Below, one piece after another: positions 1-13,120 of a stretch of DNA of 64,000 nt. Under the pieces are notes generated by a model. The model saw only the letters and a list, made by a program, of their open reading frames with translations. It was not told the DNA's origin and did not search any database. The stretch covers positions 155,254,437 to 155,318,436 of the forward strand of contig NC_068983.1 of the NCBI RefSeq assembly GCF_001194135.2, in the 5' to 3' direction. Numbering within the stretch: the stretch's first letter is position 1; each line of letters opens with the position of its first letter. The position numbers and the translations under genes were made by a program. The DNA is from Octopus bimaculoides. Its lineage: Eukaryota.

Positions 1-260
1 GTACTTATGACACCAGAGCTCCCTGGTGCACCCCCTCATAACTGCATGAGTTTTGTCAAATCAGAATTTGATAGTCTGAGCTAGATGCTTCTACCATCAT
101 CAGTGTTCAGTCTCTCTCTTTCTTGAGCCAGATGTTATGGCTTGCTTTCTCAGAGGCATCCAACGATTTTCTGGCAACGTGTTTTGTCTCTTCCATTACT
201 AATACACTTCCTAAGCTTAATCCTTCTGGATAACATCTTGATCAGCATTCCTCTTATTAC
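1..260 (-). mobile_element. 3' fragment of an RLE-type non-LTR retrotransposon (HERO/NeSL-like)
   Basis: The minus frame ending at stop 107-109 reads LGSVLVMEETKHVARKSLDASEKASHNIWLKKERD*. This resembles the AEKASxWxWxKR C-terminus of HERO-like elements. Confidence 0.4.
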
Positions 261-449
261 AATTAATAAGAGGAATGACCACTAAAGTGGATTCCTGTAC
301 GCTAGAGATAGAAGTCAAATCACCTTGCCACAAAGAGTGTGTTCTCAAGAAACAAAACTCAGTAAACGCCAAAATGTAAATATTTTAAAAATATGCTATT
401 GATGTTTATTGATTGATATCAATTTCTACCCTCATTATTTTAATTTATG

Positions 450-510
<61 letters not shown>

Positions 511-516
511 CCCATG

Positions 517-829
517 TGAAGGCACGTGGCTTAGTGGTTTGGATATTCGGCTCACAATCGTAAGGTCGTGAGTTCAATTCCTGGTGATGCGTTGTGTCCT
601 TGAGCAAGACACCTTATTTTCACATTGCTCCAGTCCACTCAGCTGGCAAAAATGAGAAGTACCTGTATTTCAAAGGGCCAGCCTTGTCACACTGAATTTC
701 CTTGAGAACCATGTTAAGGGTACGTGTGTCTGTGGAATGTTCAACCACTTGCGCATTAATTTCATGAGCAAGCTGTTCTGTTGATCGTATCAGCTGGGAC
801 CCTCATCGCCATAACCGACAGATTGCTTC
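517..829 (+). mobile_element. tRNA-derived SINE, family A (CORE/Meta-like central domain)
   Basis: A box TGGCTTAGTGG, B box GAGTTCAATTCC, central TGTGTCCTTGAGCAAGACAC...GCTCCAGTCCACTCAGCTG. A 13-bp TSD TATATAGCCCATG lies at 504-516 and 830-842. Confidence 0.85.
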
Positions 830-1249
830 TATATAGCCCATGCTTTTATAATACAATTCTTTTACAAAAGTCTCAGAGTGCTTTTGGTAAATTAGATGAG
901 GAATAATGTAAGAGACCAAATTGTCTTAACAGGAATGGACTTCAGTTTCCCTTTGTGTGTCTCCTCTAATTTGCATATATATATTTGACTGTTTGTGTGT
1001 CCATATTCATTTTTGTATGTATGTTCGTTGGTGTAAAAAGCAGTATTGTATCAAGAAATATAACTTAGCCATTTGTTAAAATATAAATCGATAAAATAGG
1101 TATGGTTAACTAAAATCCCTTGAGGTGATTTCCCCCAGCATAACCTACAGTCTAATGACTGAAGCCTTTGATTGGTTTTTCTCTGATTACTGCAATATTA
1201 TGCTGAGAATTTGCATGAGATAAAAATATATTTGAAAGACTGACAGCAT

Positions 1250-1285
<36 letters not shown>

Positions 1286-2218
1286 NNNNNNNNNNNNNNN
1301 NNNNNNNNNNNNNNNNNNNNNNNNNNNNNNNNNNNNNNNNNNNNNNNNNNNNNNNNNNNNNNNNNNNNNNNNNNNNNNNNNNNNNNNNNNNNNNNNNNNN
1401 NNNNNNNNNNNNNNNNNNNNNNNNNNNNNNNNNNNNNNNNNNNNNNNNNNNNNNNNNNNNNNNNNNNNNNNNNNNNNNNNNNNNNNNNNNNNNNNNNNNN
1501 NNNNNNNNNNNNNNNNNNNNNNNNNNNNNNNNNNNNNNNNNNNNNNNNNNNNNNNNNNNNNNNNNNNNNNNNNNNNNNNNNNNNNNNNNNNNNNNNNNNN
1601 NNNNNNNNNNNNNNNNNNNNNNNNNNNNNNNNNNNNNNNNNNNNNNNNNNNNNNNNNNNNNNNNNNNNNNNNNNNNNNNNNNNNNNNNNNNNNNNNNNNN
1701 NNNNNNNNNNNNNNNNNNNNNNNNNNNNNNNNNNNNNNNNNNNNNNNNNNNNNNNNNNNNNNNNNNNNNNNNNNNNNNNNNNNNNNNNNNNNNNNNNNNN
1801 NNNNNNNNNNNNNNNNNNNNNNNNNNNNNNNNNNNNNNNNNNNNNNNNNNNNNNNNNNNNNNNNNNNNNNNNNNNNNNNNNNNNNNNNNNNNNNNNNNNN
1901 NNNNNNNNNNNNNNNNNNNNNNNNNNNNNNNNNNNNNNNNNNNNNNNNNNNNNNNNNNNNNNNNNNNNNNNNNNNNNNNNNNNNNNNNNNNNNNNNNNNN
2001 NNNNNNNNNNNNNNNNNNNNNNNNNNNNNNNNNNNNNNNNNNNNNNNNNNNNNNNNNNNNNNNNNNNNNNNNNNNNNNNNNNNNNNNNNNNNNNNNNNNN
2101 NNNNNNNNNNNNNNNNNNNNNNNNNNNNNNNNNNNNNNNNNNNNNNNNNNNNNNNNNNNNNNNNNNNNNNNNNNNNNNNNNNNNNNNNNNNNNNNNNNNN
2201 NNNNNNNNNNNNNNNNNN
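1286..2218. other. Assembly gap (one of about 15 N runs, nearly all flanked by microsatellites)
   Basis: N run between (TA)n tracts. Content is unknown. Confidence 0.99.
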
Positions 2219-2252
<34 letters not shown>

Positions 2253-2663
2253 TGTGTGTGTGTATGTATGTATGTATGTATGTATAGTTGTAATACACAA
2301 CGCTCAAATGTTCGTAAATCACTTTTTATTATTTCTCTTGCTCAAAACACCTTTTTGTTAAAATCTTTGTTCCTGTTTTGTCTCCATTGTTCTTTTATTA
2401 TTATTCTTGTTTTTGTTGTTATTACATTTTTTTTCCCCATCTCACTTTTATTATCAGTTTTCTCTTGTTGTGGTTGTCAACCTTTTCTTGTATATACTGG
2501 TGTCTGTTCTTTTTCTGATTCGATCTATTTAGTTCCATTGAAATCTCAGATAGGTGTAGAAATAATATTCTTCTTCCAATAATATGATATATTGTTGCCA
2601 ATGATATTGATTTGTGTCTATAAGAATTTTTTTTTTTTTTTTGTGATATTATTATTATCAGTA

Positions 2664-2733
<70 letters not shown>

Positions 2734-2882
2734 CATCACTATCATCATTTGTTTACTCCATGTTTTCTTTTGTTTGTTTACTCAATATCTTTTCTCACTT
2801 TTCTTTTTTTTTTTTTTTTTACCTTTCAGAGACCTCTTTCAGACAACTGTTTATTTTTCTTATATTATGATTGTTGTTGTTG

Positions 2883-2919
<37 letters not shown>

Positions 2920-3216
2920 NNNNNNNNNNNNNNNNNNNNNNNNNNNNNNNNNNNNNNNNNNNNNNNNNNNNNNNNNNNNNNNNNNNNNNNNNNNNNNNNN
3001 NNNNNNNNNNNNNNNNNNNNNNNNNNNNNNNNNNNNNNNNNNNNNNNNNNNNNNNNNNNNNNNNNNNNNNNNNNNNNNNNNNNNNNNNNNNNNNNNNNNN
3101 NNNNNNNNNNNNNNNNNNNNNNNNNNNNNNNNNNNNNNNNNNNNNNNNNNNNNNNNNNNNNNNNNNNNNNNNNNNNNNNNNNNNNNNNNNNNNNNNNNNN
3201 NNNNNNNNNNNNNNNN

Positions 3217-3258
<42 letters not shown>

Positions 3259-3299
3259 CACACACATATATATACATATACATACATGTACATATATAC

Positions 3300-3340
<41 letters not shown>

Positions 3341-3652
3341 TATATGTATACATATATATATATATATAGATATATATGCATATATATATATATATGAACA
3401 CATATATATGTACTTATATACATATATATATACACACATATATATGTACTTATATACATATATATACACACATATATATATATATTTATTGAAGTGGATA
3501 GATATAGATATACTTATATACTTAGTATATTATCTAAAGTTTATGTTGCTAAAAACACTTGTCCGTTTTTACCCCCTCTTCATCCTCATCGTCCCTTTTT
3601 TTTTGCCTTTCTCTTCCAGTCCTTCTCGCTCACATTTGCTCCCTTTGCCTCC

Positions 3653-3704
<52 letters not shown>

Positions 3705-4257
3705 NNNNNNNNNNNNNNNNNNNNNNNNNNNNNNNNNNNNNNNNNNNNNNNNNNNNNNNNNNNNNNNNNNNNNNNNNNNNNNNNNNNNNNNNNNNNNNNN
3801 NNNNNNNNNNNNNNNNNNNNNNNNNNNNNNNNNNNNNNNNNNNNNNNNNNNNNNNNNNNNNNNNNNNNNNNNNNNNNNNNNNNNNNNNNNNNNNNNNNNN
3901 NNNNNNNNNNNNNNNNNNNNNNNNNNNNNNNNNNNNNNNNNNNNNNNNNNNNNNNNNNNNNNNNNNNNNNNNNNNNNNNNNNNNNNNNNNNNNNNNNNNN
4001 NNNNNNNNNNNNNNNNNNNNNNNNNNNNNNNNNNNNNNNNNNNNNNNNNNNNNNNNNNNNNNNNNNNNNNNNNNNNNNNNNNNNNNNNNNNNNNNNNNNN
4101 NNNNATTTGTTTTTTTTTTTGTTTTTTGGCTGGCTGCAAACTTTTCCACTCACTAATTTGAGTTGCTAAACACGTTACTTATTATTGCTTCGTTTTCATA
4201 CAAAGCTGAAGCCTTCTGCCTCTGTGTTAATTCAAAAACTTCAATATAAAAACAGTA

Positions 4258-4299
<42 letters not shown>

Positions 4300-4304
4300 C
4301 ATTT

Positions 4305-4440
4305 AGTGGTTTGACTGCAACTGGTAAGGCTGAGAGCTGCACCAGGCTCCAGTCGTTTGTTTTGGCTTGGTTTCTATGGCTGGATGCCTTTCCTAACGCC
4401 AACTACTCCACAGACCTGGGTGCCTTTTATGTGTCACCAT
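4305..4440 (-). mobile_element. SINE/RTE-type 3' tail, family D
   Basis: Reverse complement of the GGCGTTAGGAAGGGCATCCAGC tail seen at 11389-11579. Confidence 0.75.
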
Positions 4441-4466
4441 TTCTTAGTAATAATGATAATAATAAT

Positions 4467-4680
4467 CCTTTCTACTAAAGGCACAAGGCCTGAAATTTTT
4501 GTGGGCAAAGGGAGTAGTTGATTACATCGACCCCTCTTTCGCTGGATATTTAATTCACCGACCCCAAAAGAATGAAATGCACAGTTGACCTTGGTAGAAT
4601 TTGATCTCAGAACGTAGCGATGGGCAAAACATTACTAAGCATTTTGCCCCTCGTGTTAACAATTCTGCCAGTTCGCTGTC

Positions 4681-4714
<34 letters not shown>

Positions 4715-5972
4715 TCCTTTCTACTAAAAACACAAGGCCTGAAATTTTGGGGGAGGATACCAGTCGATTAGATCGACTCCAGTACACAACTGGTACTTAA
4801 TTTATCAACCCCTGAAAAGATGAAAGGCAAAGTTGACCTCGGCAGAATTTGAACTTAGAATGTAGCAACGGGCAAAATACTGCTAAGCATTTCGTCCAGT
4901 GTGCTAACAATTCTGCCAGCTCGCCACCTTAATAATAATTTTAATGAGGTCATTTGCACATTGGGTTCAATACCACCCCATCTGAAAAAAACATCTGAAA
5001 ACCTTAGAAATATCCTACAATCTAGATGTATTACTTGGAGCTGCATGCATATTGTGTAAAGTACTGTCTGTCTAAGATCCTTGTTGTGATTTGACAAACA
5101 GTAGACACTATATCTTCAATCAACAACCTTACAATATTGTATATTGTGTGACGTCTATAATAATAATGATGCCCATTCTCCCCTGCTATCATGAGGCTTT
5201 TTTTGGAGTTGGATTTTCTACGGAGAGCATACCCTTGCTTACCCCCAACCTCAGTTTCTAGACATGAGTGGTCCTGAGACCAAGTCCTCTACTATGATTT
5301 TTAAGAAATGTAGTGGAAAACTTGCTCGGGAAGGCAGGGACGCCACTCCCTGAGACCCCTTTCAGAGCCCCCATAATAACAATGATTGTTTCTAATTTTA
5401 GAATAAGGCCAACTATTTGTGGAAGGGGTTAGTTGATACCATCATTCCAGTCCATAGATGGTACTTTATTTTATCAACCTTTAAAGGACAAGACCAAGTT
5501 TGACTTCGGCAGTATTTGAACTGATAATGTTTCTTGACACCGTAACAATTCTGCCAGTTAAACATCTTAATAATGATAATGATATTTATTTGAACCACAG
5601 TCAGTTAGATGAATTCCACTATTCGACTGATACTTTATTAAGCAACTTGACAGACAGTAAAAAACAGTCAAGTATGGCAAGATTTGAACTCGCATTGTAA
5701 AGAGACCCAACGAAATGGTACAAGGCATTTTATCAAACACTTTGATGCTTTTGCCAATTGCTTTTCACTTTTAATTATCATGATTTCTATTCTTGGCACA
5801 TTGTCAGAAATCTTAAAAGGGATTAGTTAATCAAATCAACACCAGTCTGGGATTTATTTTATTGGACCATGAAGGATTAAATGCAAAAAGCTGACTGCTA
5901 GAGAATTTGAACTCAGAGAATATAAAGTACTGCAAGAATTTTGTTTGGCACTAAGTCTGCCAACCCATTATC
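4467..5972 (-). mobile_element. Head-to-tail array of five family C (Nin/Deu-domain) SINEs
   Basis: Copies at about 4467-4682, 4716-4930, 5390-5568, 5590-5765 and 5785-5972. All are reverse complements of GGCAGAATCGTTAGCA...GTTCAAATTC...GCCTTTCATCCTTTCGGGGTCGATAAA..AAGTACCAG...GCCTTGTGCCT, mostly separated by AAT-rich linkers. Confidence 0.85.
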
Positions 5973-7868
5973 ACTAATAATAGAGTATGATAAAGAATGG
6001 TAATAATTGATTCTTTTGCTTAGGCACAAGGCTCATTTTTGTCATGAGGACGCAGTATTATTTAGCCTTTTGTTTCCCTAAAGTATCACTGGTACTCACA
6101 TGATTTTTGTATTGAGCACTCTGGGAGAAATACCAGTAATACTCCCCACCATCTTTTACCATATATGTGTGTGTCTGTCTTTGCATTCATCCATTTGTTC
6201 CAAAGCACTTTTCATTTTGAATCGTTTCTCCTTCTTTCTCTCTTTACACTCATTCTTCTGCAGTTGTTTCTCTTTTTCTTCTACGTTTACTGCTGCTGCT
6301 ACTACTGCTGCTATTACTACTACTACTACTACTACTACTTTTTAGTTTTCTTAACATTGAGGCTGTCTTTTCTTTTTTTTCTTTCTTTTGTCATTTCTTT
6401 TTCTTTTCCCGTTTTTCTTTCCGGTTTCTTTCATATTTTCTTCTTTCTTCTTTATGTTTCTCTCTTTCATTATCATCCTCTTCGTTCATCTTCTTATTCA
6501 TATACACAGTTATATTCCTTCTTTATCACCACCACATTACTACCACTTCTATCTCAGCCTCTTCCATTTTACTTCCTCCTTTAATTAGCATCATCATCAT
6601 CATTTATTCATCCATACATCTTGTCATCTACCTGTCAATTGTTCAGCTAACCAACTATCCATCCATCCATTTAACTATTCTTCTACCTATCTACTGTCTC
6701 TTTGCTGATCTTGTGTGTTCACTTGCACTAAAACACTGGCTGATTTTGTTGTTTTTTTTTTTTCTATTTTGTGTTATAAAAAAATGTCGCTGTTGTTTTC
6801 AGTCCAACTCACTCTTTAGTTTTTATTGTCTTTACAATGCTTCTTACTCTTGCATGCATTTACTTTTTCACTCTGTGGCTACTTTCCTTGGAAACAAAGG
6901 AAACTCTTTTGATTAGCCAAAAGCAGCTTTCCACATGGGGTATTTATTCTTAATGTTTCTTTTCAATTAATTATTTGTCTAATATGCGTATAACATTTAT
7001 GGGTTATGATAAGCATGAAGTGTGTGTCCTCCACTTCTTTTTAAAATTTAATATGGGTTCCATGTCTTCATATGTTGTACTCTTGTTTGTTGTGATCACC
7101 TGTGTCTTTGATTCCTACTGACACTGTCTTTGCCGTGCACAGCATGTTTGTTGTTGACACGCATGTTTACACTTATTATATACACACCATCTTTGTTATA
7201 TTCATTCACCATTTATTACACTGCATCATGTTTGCTGGGTTGTTTGTTTGTTGTAACCGTCAAATTGGTTTAGCACCTCTGTGTCTCTCCATTCTTTTTA
7301 GACATCATGTTTCCTGTTTTGTGCATTTATCATTATTCTTATGTATAGTCTTTATCACATTTAAGAATTTTATCAACTTATGAGAGAACCTGAAATAATT
7401 CTTTTGCCAGAATATTAACTCTTGAACTACATCACATAAACTTGCAGGCAGGCTTTGACTTTTTTCCATTCAGAAGGGTTTTTCATCTCAACATTTACAT
7501 GTTATCATTTATAGCTTTATGTGATGTTCCTTGAGAGCCAATATTTCAAAAAAGAATTATCAAATTTGTTTTGAACTTTTAAATTTTCATTATATGAAAC
7601 CTATTATGTTTCTTTTTTTTTGTGGATGTGCTATTTTCATTTTGAGGTGTTGATATTTTTTGTCGTACTATGAAGTTAAGCCCAGACATGCTGATTTTTG
7701 TCTGCTGTTATAACTATGGCGTCATTTTTCTCTGGTTGTTATGACTAATTTACATTTGACACTGACTAACTCTGTTTTGGACAGTAGCAGCTGCTAGATT
7801 ACAGTGCAAACCAAATATTTATCTATTGTCACCCTCATATTAACAAATGGACACTATCTTAAGTGTTG

Positions 7869-8175
7869 CTTGGCTATGGACACCACACCTTTCTCTATTC
7901 TGAATCCACTGTTGTTTGTTGAGAGCACACATCATCAGCCTTTTGTTTCTAAACACCATGGTTTTGTTGTGGTCATATGGCTTTGCTGTAGATGCTACAG
8001 CTTTGTTGGGCTCATTATTGCTTTTTTTTTTTTTTGTAGACAAAATAGCTTTATTGTGGGCTCATAGCTTTGTTATGGGCACAACAGAGTTTTGTGAATA
8101 CTACAGCTTTGCTGTGGACACTACAGTTTTTGTAATGGACATCACAGCTTTGATAATAAATACCACATTTTTGCT
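7869..8175. repeat. Degenerate ~20-bp minisatellite, about 14 units
   Basis: Units such as CTTTGCTGTAGATGCTACAG, CTTTGTTATGGGCACAACAG, CTTTGCTGTGGACACTACAG and TTTTGTAATGGACATCACAG. Confidence 0.7.
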
Positions 8176-8479
8176 GTATTGTTTGTTTTGATCAATCTGC
8201 TCATTATTTGTTGCACACATTATAAATCTTAAGTATTTTGATGTGTATGTGTGTAACAGAAACTTGGTAACCAGTGTCAAACTGAGATAATTTCAATAAA
8301 TCAAGAATTTATTATTTGGTATTTGATATACCTGTATTTGTCTTTGTTGTTCAGATATATATCACTGGCATATCTCTGAGCTCACCTTTGTTTAAATTAT
8401 GCAAATTAATTAGTAATCAGTTGCCTGGTAACTTGAAATATCTTACATGGCAGCTAAGTATGAAAAAAAGCACATTTTT

Positions 8480-8830
8480 AAAATAGGAAAATATGAAACC
8501 TCATGAGGGACTTTATTGGTGAGTGGTTGAAAGGAACAAAATTTCCATTCTTGAAGTAAGGGATAAGAAGGTGAGATGAGAGAGGTGGAGTAAAAGAATG
8601 AATAGAAAGAGGAGTGAGAGAAAGAGAGCAGGGTGGAGACTGAGTATGGTTGAAAAAATGTGGAAAAAGTTGTAATACAAGGGATATTGAAAAGAGGTAT
8701 GTGGTAATGGAGAAATAGGAAGACAAAAGGGAAAATTCATGGAGAAAAAGAAAGATTTGAAGTGAGAGAGTGATAAAGAATAAAAAGATGACTGAGTAAG
8801 AGAAACATTTTAGGAGGAACATTATATTGT
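8480..8830 (-). mobile_element. Possible degraded I-group LINE 3' end
   Basis: The C-rich minus strand reads PHFFNHTQSPPCSLSLTPLSIH, resembling a decayed C-terminal CCHC region of I/Nimb-type LINEs. Confidence 0.3.
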
Positions 8831-9085
8831 CCAGTGTTTTTTGATCAGGTGAGTTTGTAAGATAATAACAGAGCTACTGCTTTTTTGTTATATTGTACAT
8901 CCAGGTAAGCCTGAGCCAAGGAAAGAACCATGGCATCTAAATTAGAAGATGAGATGCAATCCACCATACTGTTTTTTTTTTTCTTCTTCTTTTGTGTTTC
9001 TGTGATGGCTTTTTTTGTCATTTGACTGACATTCCAGAAGAGTCCATTCACATCATTTTTATTTCAGGCATAGTGTTTTGCTATT

Positions 9086-9314
9086 CTAACTCTTTTGATG
9101 CCAGTCTGCCTGAGACCACTCCTCATTCTATGACACCCATTTCCTGTTTTAAAGTGTTCTAAATTAAAACCTTCCATCAAATTTTCATGTTAATTTGTTC
9201 CAAACACCAGCTTAATAATGACAAAGTTATTTTACAAAATTCTTCATTATTTTTCAAAATTAATTGAAATAAAAGCAGCATATTTCAATGGAATATGGTA
9301 ATGAATGGGGTTAA
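9086..9314. mobile_element. Degenerate piggyBac-type MITE
   Basis: Ends CTAA-CTCTTTTGATGCC ... GGTAATGAATGGGG-TTAA approximate the TTAA|CCCTTT...AAAGGG|TTAA architecture. Confidence 0.5.
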
Positions 9315-10729
9315 GGTACTAATCTTAATCCATTGCCTGTTTTTATGCTGCCTGCTGGCACTTGGCAGATTTTAACAAAGATTACTCTGTTGCATGCTTC
9401 AGACCAAATCTCAAGTCAGAAGATAGCTGTGCTACTTCCTATTGCAGCAATCCTTGGTAGTTTCATCCCCAAATTTTTCCCCCTCCTCTTATAAATTTTA
9501 AAGGTCTTGCAGTAAATCATAGGTGCTACCCTTCCCCTTCTTTTTAAACTATAAAAAAATGTCAGGAGGGTGTGGTTAAAAGGAGATTAAGCAGCTATTT
9601 CTAAAAGGTTGTGGTGGGGGGGGCCTTGTTGGCTCAACTACAACATTGTTGATAATGTAGAAGTAGGGCTTAGTGGGATCAGTCTAATAGTTGAAGTATT
9701 ATCATCAGCAGCAGCAGTAGTAGTAGACAGCAATGGTAATAGTAGAGGTGGTAGTGGTGTTATTGCTTTCGATTATGGAGTTAGTGGCTTTTGTGCATTG
9801 GTTCTGGTGGAAATGGTACCCATGGCAATGGTTTGTTCCTTCCTCCCACTATGCCCCACAAATTGTGATGAGGGAAAAAGTTAGGGGGAAGAGGTGAGCT
9901 GCTGTCAGTGAACTGTGCAACAGTCACTCCTTGACAAGCCTTTTCTTTTTCTTGACAGGTGATGCAACATACTTGGGGAAAACAAATTAAAGGTAGTCTA
10001 GACAATTAAGGGGAGAAAGGAAGAGGAGAATAGAGAGAAGAAAGAGGCGAAAAAAGAAAAAATAAGGATATGTAAAAGGAAGGGAGAAGCATTTGGTCAA
10101 AAAAGTTATTTTAGGAGGGTGGTAGGAGGACCTTTAATAAACATAAAATTTGAAAATAAAGGGGTGGGGGAGGAAATAATAAAGGAAAATAATTGTAAAA
10201 AATATTGTAATGATAGTGGGAGCATAGCAGTGACAATGTTTGTTTGTGTGTGTGTGGTGGTGGGAGAATATAGCAGGCTTTTGTTAAGTTACTTCCCATG
10301 TACATCCACCTTCATTGTCCACTAGATGTACCTCTCAGTACCAATCGCCCACCTCTGACACTAACACCACTGTAAGATCTTGTGATGTCACCTTTAGTGC
10401 TTAAGCCCTTCCTGTCTTTCTTAAAGAACTTGAAACTATGGCAGATGACATGTGTCCTGAGGAATTTCATTAAAGGATGTTGGGCTAGGTTAAATCAGAT
10501 TAGCAATATTTATTGTGTGATTATATGCTGTGATTTTTCATTATGTATTCGGAAATGATTCATAGTTTATTGTTATAGTGGTGATAATGTTCAAGGCATA
10601 GATTTTAGAAAAAGTCAAAAAAAACAAAAGGAAAAATAAATCGTTTTATAAAACTTTTAAAATACACATAATTTGTGTAATATAAAGCAAATATGTGATG
10701 TGAATGTGTAAAAACCATCATTATTTAAA

Positions 10730-10988
10730 GGCGCAGGCATGGCTGTGTGGTAAGAAGTTTGCTTCCCAGCCACATGGCTCTGGGTTCAGTCCCATTGTGT
10801 GGCATCTTGGGTAAGTGTCTTCTACTCTAGTCTCTGGCTGACTAAAACCTTGTGAGTGGATTTTAGATGGAAGCTGAAAGAAGCCCAACAGAATAAGTAC
10901 TAGGTCAATTCATTCAGCTAAAAATTTTCAAGGTAGTGCTCCAGCATGGCCACAGTCTAAAGACTGAAACAATTGAAAGGGTAAAAGG
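10730..10988 (+). mobile_element. tRNA-derived SINE, family E (internally deleted)
   Basis: Head GGCGCAGGCATGGCTGTGTGGTAAGAAG...GGGTTCAGTCCC and tail CCAGCATGGCCACAGTCTAAAGACTGAAAC. It lacks the middle section present at 12534-12920. Confidence 0.85.
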
Positions 10989-11388
10989 TATATGTTTGGT
11001 TTTTCAATGCCTGCATGGGTCGGATGAGTACACATGTACATCTGTTTATATCTCAACCAGATGTAAACATTGTCAAGAAGGGAAAATACAAAAAAGAAAA
11101 AAACAAAAATTGCAAGTACTTTGTAATGACAGTCTTCACAAATATTTATTTTGCTGTGCACCTATTGATTTACTGCGAACCTTTGAGTGGCCCATTGGCA
11201 GTCTGCAACAAACAACACTATTGTGCATGATTCCAATTTAAAATTTAAAGAAGAAATAACAACTGAAAGTAAACAAAGGGAAATATGTGTATATATGTAT
11301 GAATTTATATATATATATATATCATAGTGTATTTATGTACAATGAATGTGTCTGTGCGTGTGTATATGTATATATATATATATTTCAT

Positions 11389-11579
11389 GCGGGTGACACG
11401 TAAAAGCACCCACTACACTCTCTGAGTGGTTGGCGTTAGGAAGGGCATCCAGCTGTAGAAACTCTGCCAAATTAGATTGGAGCCTGGTGTTGCCATCCGG
11501 TTTCACCAGTCCTCAGTCAAATCGTCCAACCCATGCTAGCATGGAAAGCGGACGTTAAACGATGATGATGATGATGATG
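11389..11579 (+). mobile_element. Family D SINE 3' part with RTE-type tail and (GAT)n end
   Basis: GGTTGGCGTTAGGAAGGGCATCCAGCTGTAGAAA...ACCCATGCTAGCATGGAAAGCGGACGTTAAAC(GAT)n. CpGs are retained, so it is probably young. Confidence 0.8.
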
Positions 11580-12533
11580 ATATATATATGTATGTATTTA
11601 CCTACGTGTTATGTGTATGAGAGAGAAAGAATGATGCAGGAGGTTCATGTTTTGTACATCTGTGTATGTTTCCATCATCTTTACCAGTTTGTTTATAATA
11701 GTTTCTTTTTCATTTCTACATTTTTTTTTTGTGGGGTGGGGGAACTTTCAGCAGTTACAAATGGTGTTACAGCACGGTCTGTATGAAATGCTCATTAACT
11801 AAATAAAATGTAAAGCTAAATTAATAATAATGATATTAATAACAAAATTTTTTAAAAAAACAACAAAATAAAAATCAAGCATTCAATAATAGTAATGATA
11901 ACATCATCATCATGATTATTGTTAATATTATTATTAAACCATCAAGTAAGGCAACAACTATTGTTTCTGCAGGTGTATTAAGAACTTTCAGTTTTAAGAT
12001 TACCTTTCACAAAAAAAATATGTATATATATATATATATACGAATAAAAGGAAAAAGAAAACAAAAAAAAAACAATATAAATAAATAAAAATTTGTGAAT
12101 ATATATTATCAAACACCTTTTAATTGAAAACAAACATCAGAAAGTCTGAGAAAGAACATAAAAAAAAATGAAAAATAATAAGAAGACAAAAGTAAAGTTG
12201 AAAAAAAAAAAAAAAAAAAATGTGGTTTTCTTATAAAAATATAAGAAAAAGAAAACAAACTATCGCAAGTACTTTCCTACACAAAACATTATTTAGCATA
12301 ACATTGAATAATGTAGGAAGTAGACCAAATGATTTGTTTATATTTTTAAATTTTATAGATAGAAAATGAAGATGGTGTTAAAAATGTTTTTGTTTCATGC
12401 TATTCTGTTATTCTTGTCTGTTTTTACTGTATGTGTGAGTGTATAGCTGCTGTCTTCAGTTTTATTCACATACACGCACACATTCACTCTCTCTCTCTAA
12501 TATATAATGTGTATGTGTGTGTATATATATATA

Positions 12534-12920
12534 CTCTTTTACTATTTTACTTGTTTCAGTCATTTGATTGTGACCATGCTGGAGCACTGCCTTTAGTCGA
12601 GCAAATCGACCCCAGGACTTATTCTTTGGAAGCCTAGTACTTATTCTATCAGTCTCTCTTGCCGAACCGCTAAGTTATGGGGACGTAAACACACCAGCAT
12701 CGGTTGTCAAGCGATGTTGGGGGGACAAACACAGACACACATACATATACATATATACGACAGGCTTCTTTCAGTTTCCGTCTACCAGATCCACTCTCAA
12801 GGCTTTGGTCAGCCCGAGGCTATAGTAGAAGACACTTACCCATGGTGCCATGCAGTGGGACTGAACCCGGAACCATGTGGTTCGTAAGCAAGCTACTTAC
12901 CACACAGCCACTCCTACGCC
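12534..12920 (-). mobile_element. Full-length family E SINE
   Basis: Complete head, internal (CA/TA) microsatellite and tail, inserted in a TA run. Confidence 0.9.
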
Positions 12921-13120
12921 TATATATATATACACACACATACATACACACAAACATATATGCGTGTGTTTATGTATATATATGTGCATATATTTCACAC
13001 AATGATATCATATTGAAAACATTTGGTTCTCGTCCCATCATCAAAGTTAAGCTGTGTTGGGCCTAGTTAGTACTTAGTTGGCTGACCGTTCAGGGAACTT
13101 AGGTTTTATAAACATCATTT

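Noticed and set aside
517-600. tRNA genes at SINE heads (also 10730 and 43473)
   Set aside because: Only A and B boxes are retained. There is no complete cloverleaf, and each continues into a SINE body with a TSD or tail.
1152-4169. Long ORFs (up to 432 aa) in the ORF track, and similar ones at 46766-47258, 49415-50201, 54114-54745 and 62741-63540
   Set aside because: They are open only because they run through N gaps and stop-free microsatellites ([12 protein letters not shown]).
4467-5972. Regularly repeated ~210-bp units as a CRISPR-like or satellite array
   Set aside because: The units are dispersed SINE copies found throughout the window. There are no unique spacers or cas genes, and the context is eukaryotic.
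9609-9884. 91-aa ORF with SAAAVVV/GGSG
   Set aside because: It derives from degenerate (GTA/GCA/GGT) triplet repeats.
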